Positions 1-10,700 of a stretch of 20,000 bases of DNA are shown here, in pieces (position 1 is the stretch's first letter; each line of letters opens with the position of its first letter). The DNA is from Catajapyx aquilonaris. Taxonomy: Eukaryota. Position numbers and translations under genes: made by a program. Below the pieces are notes generated by a model. That model worked only from the letters and a program-made list of their open reading frames with translations, searched no databases and was not told the origin of the DNA. The stretch spans positions 60,058 through 80,057 of the forward strand of contig JYFJ02001448.1 of the NCBI GenBank assembly GCA_000934665.2. Direction: 5' to 3'.

Positions 1-92
1 GGAACTGTTACAACTTCAAGTTCCCAAATTCAAAGTAGTTCATAATAGTCGTTGTGAAACTTTATTTATTAGTTGGAGGAAAACTAAATTAA

Positions 93-374
93 CCCTGGAA
101 CCGTGACGTGCCTGAAAGTTACGGCGACCGTGACGTGGGGTTTTTTAGGACCCCATCCATATTTTAATTTTTATAAATTTTTATACAATACTTTTCAATG
201 TATTGACTATATGCAATCACTCTTTGAACAATGCCTAAAATGATTGCTAATTCAAAATAAACATGCACTTCCTGTATATACTTTTTTTAAATGGCAGAAG
301 TTCATTGTAATTTTAATTTTAATGCATTTTAATTCCTTTGGGGTCCTAAAAGACCCCACCTCATGGTTCCAGGG
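93..374. mobile_element. Non-autonomous piggyBac-superfamily MITE, 282 bp, TTAA target-site duplication
   Basis: TTAA (89-92) CCCTGGAACCGTGACGTG ... CACCTCATGGTTCCAGGG TTAA (375-378): 16/18 terminal inverted repeat with CCC/GGG termini. A subterminal 29-bp inverted repeat (127-155 vs 339-367) matches 26/29. The interior is AT-rich and non-coding. Confidence 0.88.
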
Positions 375-681
375 TTAAGGTGTGTTAACATGCCTCTAAA
401 TTGGTGCTCCCTAGTGTAGTCCATATGCTTTTCAACACCAATTTTGTGTAGCACACCCCCAAATATTCATCCGCCTGGGTATTTTTCCACCCACACTCCC
501 CTCAGCAAAAATGACAATCATGATAACTGATTTGAGCTGGCCTATTCAACATACCCACTTGGCCTTCCACTGTTAGATACAGTTGATCACTTGTGACTGA
601 TACAATTAATGTTTAACCAATTCCTCAAGAAGTTGAGTGACTTGTCCTAATAAACATTTGAATATGAATTCTGTTCTCAAG

Positions 682-1212
682 TCATTCGTATGGGACCCTG
701 CTTGTCCAACCGCATTGCAGCACATGACAAGGTACATACGTACAGGTGGTATCGTGCGCATCATCCTGCTCCAGCTGTGATGTCTCCCAGTGTGTGAGCA
801 GGCTGGAGGAGAGGTCACAGGTGAAGGTGTCCAGCAAGTTCATGGCTGAGTGCTGACCCTTCCTACTTGGATCCACTGCTTCTGTAACGGTGCAGCTAAA
901 GGAAGGCTAAAGTAAGGACCATCACCTCATCTGCTGTTGTCTGCATCTAGAGTACGTGCCTGAGAAGGTGCTTAGTGGGCCAGAAAGCAGCAGCTGGGCT
1001 TGATGGTTGCTGCAGCGTTTGTTGTCCAAACCCAGCCTCACTTGGTCCTTCCTTGTTCCTTCCTGCATGAACTGGATGAGTCGATTATGGAGCGTTCTGA
1101 CTCTGTGGTTGGCGGACTGGTCCACAGGTGGCAGCACCACACACTCACGGCCCAATCAGGGGGGTTGGCGGCGGGTGCTGCTCTTTTGAATGGACGGTTC
1201 CTCTTGCCTCAT
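682..1212 (-). other. Unassigned coding-like GC-rich island (exon fragments of a neighbouring gene or a decayed ORF)
   Basis: ORFs 922-1155 and 682-876 and ATG 1212 share one minus-strand frame with 3 internal stops. GC3-rich codon runs (CTG GAC ACC TTC ACC TGT GAC CTC TCC TCC AGC CTG CTC) sit in AT-rich flanks. No recognisable domain. Confidence 0.3.
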
Positions 1213-4138
1213 AATGTAGAAGAAAAGAAAAAATTCATGCATATTTCTACGGGGCAGGAAAAGGCTCTATAGCTGAAAACTGACTTACATGCTCACATAG
1301 TTGTACGTACGGTACAATAGCATTAGATTACAAGATGCTTAATCCAACTTCGGCGAAAGTGTGATCGATCGTTCCGCATTTTATGCCATCAGATCCATGT
1401 TATCCTACTTCTATATGAAACAGCTGCTATGAAAATGTGACTATTCTGACGCATGATCGACAGACACATTTTTCCCAAACTTTTTTCACAGTCCATTGCT
1501 TTAATGCTGCCATACGGATTCGGTTCACTCGAAAGAATATCATAAAGGCCTATCTATGCTTGTTACGGACAATTTTAGAATTTAGCTCCGTCAGAAAAGG
1601 GGATGTGCAGAAATTAATGCACCACTACTGTTATTAAAGAGCATCTGGTGTTACACAATCATCACATAATGAAAATTCCGGGTGCCATAATTTTAAATTA
1701 AAATAAATACTACGTACAGTATTTGCCTGTAGCTCCAGGTATTCTTTACTCCAAAAACATGAAAATGAGTTGTCTGACAGGATTCCGCGAAGGCATCAAT
1801 ATATAGCATTATAACCAGTACATCCACGTATTTCCTTACTTCGCTGAGCAATATTTAATTGTATCTAGAATGAAAACAGGTATTAAAAAATTGGGAACGT
1901 AAAAGAATTATTTTATTATGTAGACGATGTTCGAAAAGCTGTTTTTGTTACAGATTTGAGACCAACTTTTTATACTCTGTTTTGATGACAGATACAACTG
2001 TATACATCGTAAACACTACTGTACGGGTACGTTAGAATAAGGGAGCACAAGAGTACAATGCCCATACGATGGACGTCTTGTGCGCCTGTACTTTGGAAGA
2101 ACCATAGAACCTGCAGGCAACGCTCTAGTGCCTATGACATAGCTAGAAATCACTTCTGCAAACACTCCACTCATCTTTCTTTTTTTTTTACGTCATTATA
2201 TATTTTTTGATCGATCACATTCTAGAGTCTTGGGAAAATTGCGTGTAACTTCCACTCCACACTCTGATCCCTCAAACTGTACTTAGGTTACCCTTGCTTT
2301 CTCCGCAAGGTAAGAAAGGAAACGCACAGTTATATTTTCATAAGTATACCACTGTGGTGATTTGTCATGCTCTAAAAGTAAAAATCCCCAATTCTGTGGG
2401 GCACGTTGAGGACACACATCTCTCCGAATGTGGGTTGAACCGTACAAGTTTGGCTCTGCCGACTATTGGCAAAAGCAGCAATTTGCATATGAGAAATAAG
2501 TACACTGACAGTGAGTACAATCAAAGAAACAAATGCCGTTTAAGAAACATACGTACATGTACAAATTCCAACTTATCGTTTTGGAAGACAATTCCGTGTG
2601 TGCATAGTTGCAGTTTAGATCATGCACAGTCAGCCGCAGATTTGTCTCTTACAGTGTCACTTATGTAACTGCACAAGTGTATGAAGGATTCAGAGTCAAA
2701 AAATATCTGCCAAAAATCATGGAAAAGGTTTCCCACATCATGCATAAGTTTTCAGGCTGATTGTAAGTCACTTACATTGGCTTCGATCAATGAAAATCAA
2801 CATTACAGTTCAGCAGGTTAAATTTTCTTCTATAACAGGAAAGTAGTACAGTTGGTCAAATTGGAGATAATTTTTGCCAAGGAAATCCTTCAAAATTAAT
2901 AAATTTTCATGCATTATTGTCGGTGGATAGTGCGTGAAAGACATGGTTCCAGCATTATTTCGTTGTCTTGATGAACCAATCGCTACCAATATTTCTCTGT
3001 ATCTGCAATACTGTTTCACAGGCATGTCCCGTTATTGTCACTCTTAATAACTATACATCTTCACAACACATGTCAACATGGCTTGAGTGCAATCAGACTG
3101 GCGAGTAGAGGTACAATCTGCAAAAGCTCAAATATCAGGCGTAAGCTAACAAATATGTTTTAAAAGCATGCAAGGTTTAGATTCACTAGTCAGATTCAAA
3201 GACCTACACCTAAAAATTCACACTACATGCACACTAATCAGTTATGCTGCGGAGTACGCCCAAATTGGCTTGTGCCCTTTGTGAGCAAAAATGGGTTGAA
3301 ATGTGGATCTATCATTGATATGACGTGAAAGTCTTTACTTCTCAAAGAAGTTGAAGGGGTCAGCAAAATGAAAGCAAATATTGATTTAAAAACTAGTTCA
3401 ATCATGTCAATATCCAGTCTAATTGCACTCCACTTCTGAAAACCAACAATAGACTCCGCATTTTTAACATCAGCCTCAGGTAATAACATCAACTTCTTAC
3501 CAAACAAACCAACTGAGGATAGACTAATATTATAAAAATCCAACGACAGACAATCACGTAATAATAATATTTCCACCAGTCAACAATGGTGAATGTGTTT
3601 TCTTACTGTACATGCTTTATGATTGTGCGTGTTAGTCCGTATCTGTCACGACCATTGTTGAAAAGGAGAGGAATCACATAATATGATACAACTTGCTGCA
3701 TACTGTAAAGTGTGATGCGTCCAACCTGTGCCTCCGGTGTCTGTCTGAAGGTGCCCTTCATAACCTTTGTTATTTTTTTGAGGGAGGAGCTTGGGTTTGA
3801 GCATGTCCAAGCAGCGAAAGAGGAAGGAATTCTTCTGTCCTACCACCTACCTACACGACTGAATACCTAGCGAAAACTGAGATCTACCACGAGAAAGCCT
3901 TCCCTCTTCGTTGCGCCTACACGTGACTCTAAGCAGCCCCAGTCGACGTCGTCAACGTGTGTACGCAGTTGGCAGATAAAAGAAAGAAGTGGACCCATAA
4001 AGTATAAGGACGCAACAGGACTGGTCTTTGTTTCCCACCACCTGGAGGCACTGGACCCAAGGACCGTCTGGTTCAACCCACATCCAAATATAGTGGGGGG
4101 CATGCGCACCTCACCCCCCAAAAGAGAGACATGGACTC

Positions 4139-4195
4139 TTAGACCGTGGTGACGCGGTCAATCTCAACGTGCTCCACAGAATTGGGCTCATGTCA
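4139..4195 (-). other. Putative stop-codon readthrough extension (UGA-C, then HEPNSVEHVEIDRVTTV-UAA) adding a class I PDZ-binding C-terminus
   Basis: Minus strand reads TGC TGA CAT GAG CCC AAT TCT GTG GAG CAC GTT GAG ATT GAC CGC GTC ACC ACG GTC TAA. 12 of 17 codons end in G/C and the peptide ends T-T-V. Confidence 0.55.
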
Positions 4196-4761
4196 GCAGT
4201 ACACCTCTGGGCTGCCCAGAAACTCCTCGTCAGTGGCTGAGCGTCGGACCCCTCTGCCGCCCCTCCTGCCGCCCCTGGCCAGGACCCCTGCCGAGACGGA
4301 GGAGGAGGACGAGGAGGAGGTCCCCACCAGAGGACTGGCTTTGCTTCTCCGTCGCATTTTCTGCTTGTGGCCCATCCAGGCGGCCACCACCGCAGCCACG
4401 GCCAGGAGCAGCAGCACGGCCGCAGCCCCAGTGTACACGTATGGCATGGGGTACCTCAGGAAGAAGAAGGTAGAGCACTGCTCGTGGGATTCGTCGTATG
4501 CCGATGGGCAGTGGGACCTGCCGTCGCACCACAGGGACGAGCTGATGCAGGCCTCCAGCTCTGGGCAGCGGTGGCTACAACGGGCTGGGGGCTCCCACTC
4601 GTCGTCCGATGGCATCTCTGGAGCCTCCAGGGTCGTCGGGGGGTACTCCTTTCTGTGGCGGTGCAGCCACCACGCCCGCATCTCCTGCTGCTCTATGGCC
4701 TCACCCACCTGCCCTTCCGCTTCTCGAAGGCTGTCCCAGTCGGTGCCTACTACTGACCAAT
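4193..4761 (-). CDS. Coding exon 10: LDLa-like repeat, transmembrane helix, cytoplasmic tail
   Basis: cttcag|(D)WSVV...CSHRCPELEACISSSLWCDGRSHCPSAYDESHEQC, TM VYTGAAAVLLLLAVAAVVAAWMG, basic stop-transfer HKQKMRRRSK, tail ending FLGSPEVYC-TGA. Confidence 0.9.
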
Positions 4762-7700
4762 CTGAAGAATGGAGAGGGACCATTTCAAGTTAAAAGCACT
4801 CGTTTATCGGCATTATTGCTGTTATTGAGTCACTTCGCCCCTCTGCATAAAGAGCTAGCTTTGTAGTACATTCACGTGACTTACCACGTGCCAACTCCAA
4901 CCAGCGTATTGTGTATGCTCCGGGCTCCTTAGCTACGAAGTCCACTATTACAGCTCTCTCTCGCAGATCCGGACGATGCAGAGGCGGAAATCCTCGACGG
5001 CCCATTTTTTCCACGGCAACTTTCCATCCCAGCGAGAACACTTCGACGTAGGACGGCGCTCGAGGGTCGGGACAAAACACGGAGAGCAGTTCCGTTTCAG
5101 GTCCACCAGAGTACACTGCCACCCTGTTTCGAGTTGGACAGGAGCGACTGGTGCTTCCTAAAAGTACATGAGAGATGAGACGTTATATTATGGGATCGAG
5201 CTGTTGCCTTAGAAACCTGAATCACTGTGCTGGACACCGTACCTCCGGGTGTGATGGGATATCCTCTAGCAGACAAGTATATGTATCTGGCTGGTCTCGG
5301 TAAAACTAGCCAGGGTTGGCTCTCGCAGTGAACTTCCTCAGGAGACCGACTGGGCCTGCGGAGCCGGAGTTCCCCGCTAGATCCGGACATCCTCTGATTC
5401 CGTCGACACGGAGGTGACGGCAAAAATTCATAGGCTCCTTCCACTCTGAAAGTAGAGCCGTCGTCGGCAGGGGTCATACCCAAGAGGTCCCAGGTCAGCT
5501 CCACCACTGGCGCGGTGGATGCAAAGCTGAGTGGTGCCGCTGAAGAGTTGCAAAAGCACTCTCTTGGTACCCTGGTGTCGTTCCAAGGCAGCTCCCACAC
5601 CCTCAGGCGGGACACGAGCTGGGCCTCTGTCGGCGTGCATCGATGCCTGCTGAGGTGAGGGTCCCACTCGTTGACGCAGGGTTGCTCTCCAAGGCGAATC
5701 ACAGTTAAGGCTAGCTTCACCCTCTCCGCGGGCAAGGCTTCAAAGCGGAAAACGCAGGTCAAGTTGACCCTTCCTCCTCTGCCGAACAGAAACACGTTGG
5801 TTGGCGACTGGAAATTCCCGCCATCCACTGCTTTTCCTTGGCTGCGGTACAGTCGAAAACACGACACATCTGCAAGACAAATGTCAGTAGAGCATGACCA
5901 CTTCGATAAAAAGTTGTACGTACTTTTCTGTGGTGGTACTTCAACCCCATCTTGCTGCCGGAGCTCCACAAATTCGTACAGGAATCTGAAGCTGAGAGGC
6001 CGGAGAGCTGTGCTCTCCCGCGTCCTTAGGGTAATGACCATGTCGGATCCACTCGAAATGAAGCTCTCGGAGGGCAACTGGCATGATCGAGGAAGGCCGT
6101 CTAAAAGAGCGTGGTCGCACGATCTTGGAGGCCCGTCTCTGCATATCTTGGTCAGCAACTTGGAGGCCGAGGAGGACGAATTACTGGCCTCTCGTCCGTC
6201 CCACACCTCCACCTGAGCTGCGCACTTTTCCTCCTCGGCCAGTCCTTCCACAGCCGACCATACGTGAAACTTGAGCGGAGCCAGCCATATCACCTGAAAA
6301 TAATACCGACGCTGGACTTGGCTGTATCGAATTTAATTGAGGGCACTCTCACCTGTTGCGGTAGTCCTCTGAGAGTGTACCTGCAAGAGGCGTTCTTGGG
6401 CAAGCTCTGAGGGGGGTTGAGCAGCACTCCCCTGCGACCTCCTTGCTTCGAAGACACCAAGAACTCGCATGTTGAGGCTGATTGTGAGGTGGTGGTAGCA
6501 GCGGAAGTGACTGTGGTGACCCCTGGAGAGGTGCTTACAGGTGGTGAGGAGCCCACCCCGGAGGAGGAAGGTGGCGACGACAGTGACGCCCTCTCCTCAT
6601 CCACCAGCTCTACCTCTACGTCCAACTGGAATCCTGATACCAAATGCGTTGGGGTAGGAGGCGGAAAAGTATCCACTGACGACGATACAAACTCCACCAA
6701 GATCTCGTTTCGGCTCGAGGTCACCGGCGGGATCACTCCAGAACCGCAGAAGCGAAGCAGGACAGGATCCCTTACCTGAATAATGGCATAAGTCGGGGAA
6801 ACTGAGTTACTTTCAGGGCATCGTCCCGTTGGAGACCATAAGTGTGATCAATTGGCCACCATGGCGACATTCGGAAAAGAGCAACATACCGTGTATCCGT
6901 CGTAAATGGTAACGTGATCCTTTCCGTCCGGACACTTGTCTCCCACTTTAATGGTGGACAAGAGTGGAGATCCGGTGGCAGTGGTTGAGGAAGAGGTAGC
7001 AGCCCCCGAAGCAACCGAGCCCCTTCCCGAGGGTGCTACTGTCGTCGCAGCGGTGTCTCCGTGGTTCTTTATATAGATCAAGTGCGCTTGTGCCTGCGAG
7101 ACTCGAATCAAAGCATGCAGCCCTGTCGGAACCAGATGTTGCCTGATGGCGTAGTAGCATGTAGTGTTGCGTGGGTACAGCCCAGGGAAATTCGGAGACT
7201 GCAATCGGCACCATCTGCAAGATAATGCCTTTCATGAAGCATTATTCTTCATTAATTTACGATATAATTATTGCTAGCGGAACCTGGAAATGTGCGCTTT
7301 TTATCTGGGTCGAGGACTTGTGGTTACCAAGCAACGAGAATAAATGGGTGCGTATTGGAATGCCTGTCACTTGGTCTGGTGACCCAGATGGTCACGTGAT
7401 CCAAACCAAGCATTCCTAATGGCTCCCGCCACGACTTGTTGCCTGGCACAGGCTGATATAAATCAGGATTGCTGCACTAACACGCCAAGTAACAGGCCTC
7501 CAACTCTATTTGGCATACAGGATGGCACCCAACTTCCCAGTTTAAAAGTTAGGTAACGCGGAGAAACCTCCAGGAATCACATTTCACTGCTCGAAAAAAA
7601 CACTCCATAACTTCTTCACAAACGATTCTCTTGAACTGGAGGCTTGTGTATACTGCACTGTACCACCACACATTATTCATCGCATTTGGCATAAATAAAA

Positions 7701-10700
7701 GCAATGCGCACAATCATGCGAGGTTGACGCATAATCAACACACCTATGACGGCAGTTGTCAAATATGAGGCTGCAGTATGTTCCGGGCAGGAGCGTCCCT
7801 CTGAAGTAAGGCCTGTCAGGACGGCCATACCGCACGAGGGCATCTCGATGGTTGAGAAATTTGTAGGCCAATCGATACTCAAAGTTGTATCCAGTCTGTT
7901 GCACACCAAAAAGACAAAAGAAACCAGTTAACAAGCAAGATCTGAAGAAAAAGAATGGTTCTTTTTGCTGACCTGAACCGGAGGCAAGTGAAGAACATGC
8001 AGCGTGAGGGTAACTCCGTTTCCCTCGCTGAAATACACCGACCTACCCCAGGCCGATCCACACCAGATCCCACCAGCATCCGGTCGATCCACTTCTGCAA
8101 TATGCACATATCCATCCGGGCAGCTCGGAGGCGGCCCCGGAGACATCCGCCCCACCGCGAAGCCCTCAAACGTCACCTGCATCGGAAAGGACGCTTATTC
8201 ATGCACACCCTATTTGCATGGACCCCAGGCTTAACGTAACGTATTCCAAAAAGTACCTGGACAATGTCTCCAAACTCGTTCCCTGCCGCCTGAAAAGTGA
8301 TGCGGCACACAAACGGGAGTCGATCGTCTCTGGGGCGATGTAACTCCAAGAGGTAGGTCCGCTCCGTTTCTCCATAATAGGTCCGGTTGCAACCTGCACC
8401 AGAATGAAGTCATCGGTATTCATCTCACACACCACACTCTACTTCCACACCCAGCTTGTTAGAAGAAGACCGGGTTGAAACTACTCCTAGGTAATTCAAG
8501 CCTTTGGTGGAATTTTCGTCCGCAAAAAATTTTGTCCGGACGAAAATTCGACCCCTTTTTTGTTGTTGAGGTCTTTAAGACGGCTGTGTTATGATCAATA
8601 AATCGATGCTATTACCCTAAGGCGGGTGTTGTTGGAAGAACTGAGAGCAACCTGCCAAAATTTTGCTGAATAGACGAGTGTTATGAAAGCGAGGGCAGAT
8701 CGCGTTCATCCAGACGAGTATGGGAGAAAAGGGTGGAATATCCGTCGGGTGGGTGGATTGGATAGGGCATCAGAATAGGACGGGTGGTGCACGGGGGCAA
8801 AACAGAAGCCTGGGGGGCTTGCGGCTGACGTGAGTGACAAATTACGTCCCTTTCACGCAGGTTTGCAGTCCATTCAGCTCGAGGTGATTGGCAAAATGGA
8901 ACCAGCTCCCATCACTGTTTGTTTTCCCCTCTTTTACCAATCAAGCCAATCATCCATACTGCGGGAGCCACTTCCTTTCTACCACCCACCATTGTGCGAC
9001 TGTTTTGCCATAACGAGACAAAATCTATTTGTGCAATCCACTTTTGTTCATTCGTTAGCCTCTTCCTGCCCATTCGGAATATCATTTCAACCAGTGGAAA
9101 TCCTAGACACTAAATGAAAAAAAAATCTGGTTGGAGAACTAAGGCAGAATCGTTTTGGAGAAGCGCACTCTATTCTAAGGCTGTCATCCTGAATTCAGGC
9201 GATAAGAAACTCCGGAGTGGCTGGAAGCTTCAATTATTCGTTGCGAGGAAAAGCAAGGCGCCCTCGTCCCCCCTTGGAAAGCGCTGCATGCTGCTAGAAA
9301 AGCCTAGAGAAAGAACGTGTAGAGGTTTAGCATGCGGTTTGCACTCTGCTTCCTGCTTGATATGCCGCCTGAGATTCGTCCCGAGAAGCAATTTGTCTAC
9401 TCCCTTTCTCGGTTTTTGTGTTTCCGCTGAAAAATCTTTCCCAGGAGACCTCGATGGTGAAAAATATCTTCATTCGCTTCGGACTCGGGTTAAGTACCGG
9501 GATGTTCCCCACAGTGTCTTTTCTTGGGCTGATGGACTGCCTTCTTGTCCTTGGCCTCTCAAAGCGGTTTTAATTAAAAAGAGATTCAACTTCCTTGAGC
9601 TGTATGTAAATATTTGTTGGCAGCCTTTGTGCGTTTGACGTTGGTTGCACGGCTGCAGAAGCCCCCGAGGGCGTATACACCAACCGGCAGGGTATCCAGA
9701 ATCCGGTTTCCATGAGAAACTTATGAGTTTCCATGCCAAATTTGCATTCCAAACTGCATTCTATTTGGGACTGGCGTCCCAGAAGGAATATATACATGCG
9801 CTACTAAAGCTACCAGTCGTGTCGCGTTTCATGTGCCGGTGAGTTGCATAATATTTAGTTAATTTCTTTCAAATAGGAATCGTCTCTTTGAAGTTGGAGT
9901 CTGTGTAGGGGCATATAGGTTGCAGCCTTTGGAGTTTCTAGTTTGAGGAGAAGAATAACTAGATGATATGGATACTCCTTTCAAAATGTTGCTCTTGGAA
10001 GTAGGCCTACCGACTTTAACTGAGCTTAGCATAGCTTTACACTTCGTGTAACATATTCTATTTGAGGTGCGGTACACTGTGAAGCTTTCTGGGATGTAGA
10101 GTATCAGTACTTTCTTGTTATAATGTTTCAAAGGTGAGCAGTGCACTGTTTAATTTTGCAAAGCTACCTGCAACGATTAGGTACTGGTTACTGCAATCAC
10201 TGAAGACTTGTAGTATAATCTAAATTCCCTCTAGGTACTGTACAGTACATGAGATATCTAAAAGTTAGCACAGACTGAGAAATATTACTGGAGGTGAATT
10301 AATATAAAACTAGTAAAATTCTCATCGCAACATTATGGTAAAAAGTATAAGCAGTCATAAAATGTCAGATGTGCACGTCACAGGTGAACTATAGTATTTT
10401 CTGTATATATTTTGTTAACAAGCAGGTACAACAAGTTTATTACGTCGCCATTATCAGTGTGCAGCCATTAGTTTTTGTCAAAATAACATTTGAACACTGA
10501 AAATACTGAAAAGTACTTTTCCCCAAATGCTTCCCCCATAATCAGCATTAGGCAGCCCCATGTCAACCTGCATGACAGAGCCCTACTATGTATGATGCAA
10601 AAACTATTATATTCAGCTTGCAACCTATGTTCCTCCTCGCTCGCGTTCCAAATTACTGCGTCCGCATATCCATTATTCAATACATCTGCAGGAGAGCCCC

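Noticed and set aside
2294..4121. ORFs 2294-2668, 3238-3576 and 3867-4121
   Set aside because: AT-rich or featureless, with no domains or splice structure; probably 3' UTR or intergenic sequence.
4193..4198. Cys-UGA read as Cys-selenocysteine
   Set aside because: I found no SECIS-like AUGA...AA...GA element in the proximal 3' UTR by eye, and a receptor tail is not a redox context. Ordinary readthrough is more parsimonious; a SECISearch run would settle it.
4618..4704. Possible 87-nt in-frame intron within exon 10 (G|gtgagg...gctccag|)
   Set aside because: GC-rich, coding-like and lacking a pyrimidine tract, unlike the real introns of this gene.
5097..6293. 398-aa ORF as a stand-alone gene
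   Set aside because: It begins at a splice acceptor (GTG), spans a 54-nt intron and runs out of frame after the donor at 5242. It is exons 7-8 of the larger gene.
4146..6779. Long plus-strand ORFs (4146-4793, 4367-4756, 5671-6216, 6417-6779)
   Set aside because: Antisense shadows of the GC-rich minus-strand exons, with no domain features.
9114..9638. 174-aa plus-strand ORF in intron 1
   Set aside because: No recognisable motif or codon bias; consistent with a chance ORF.
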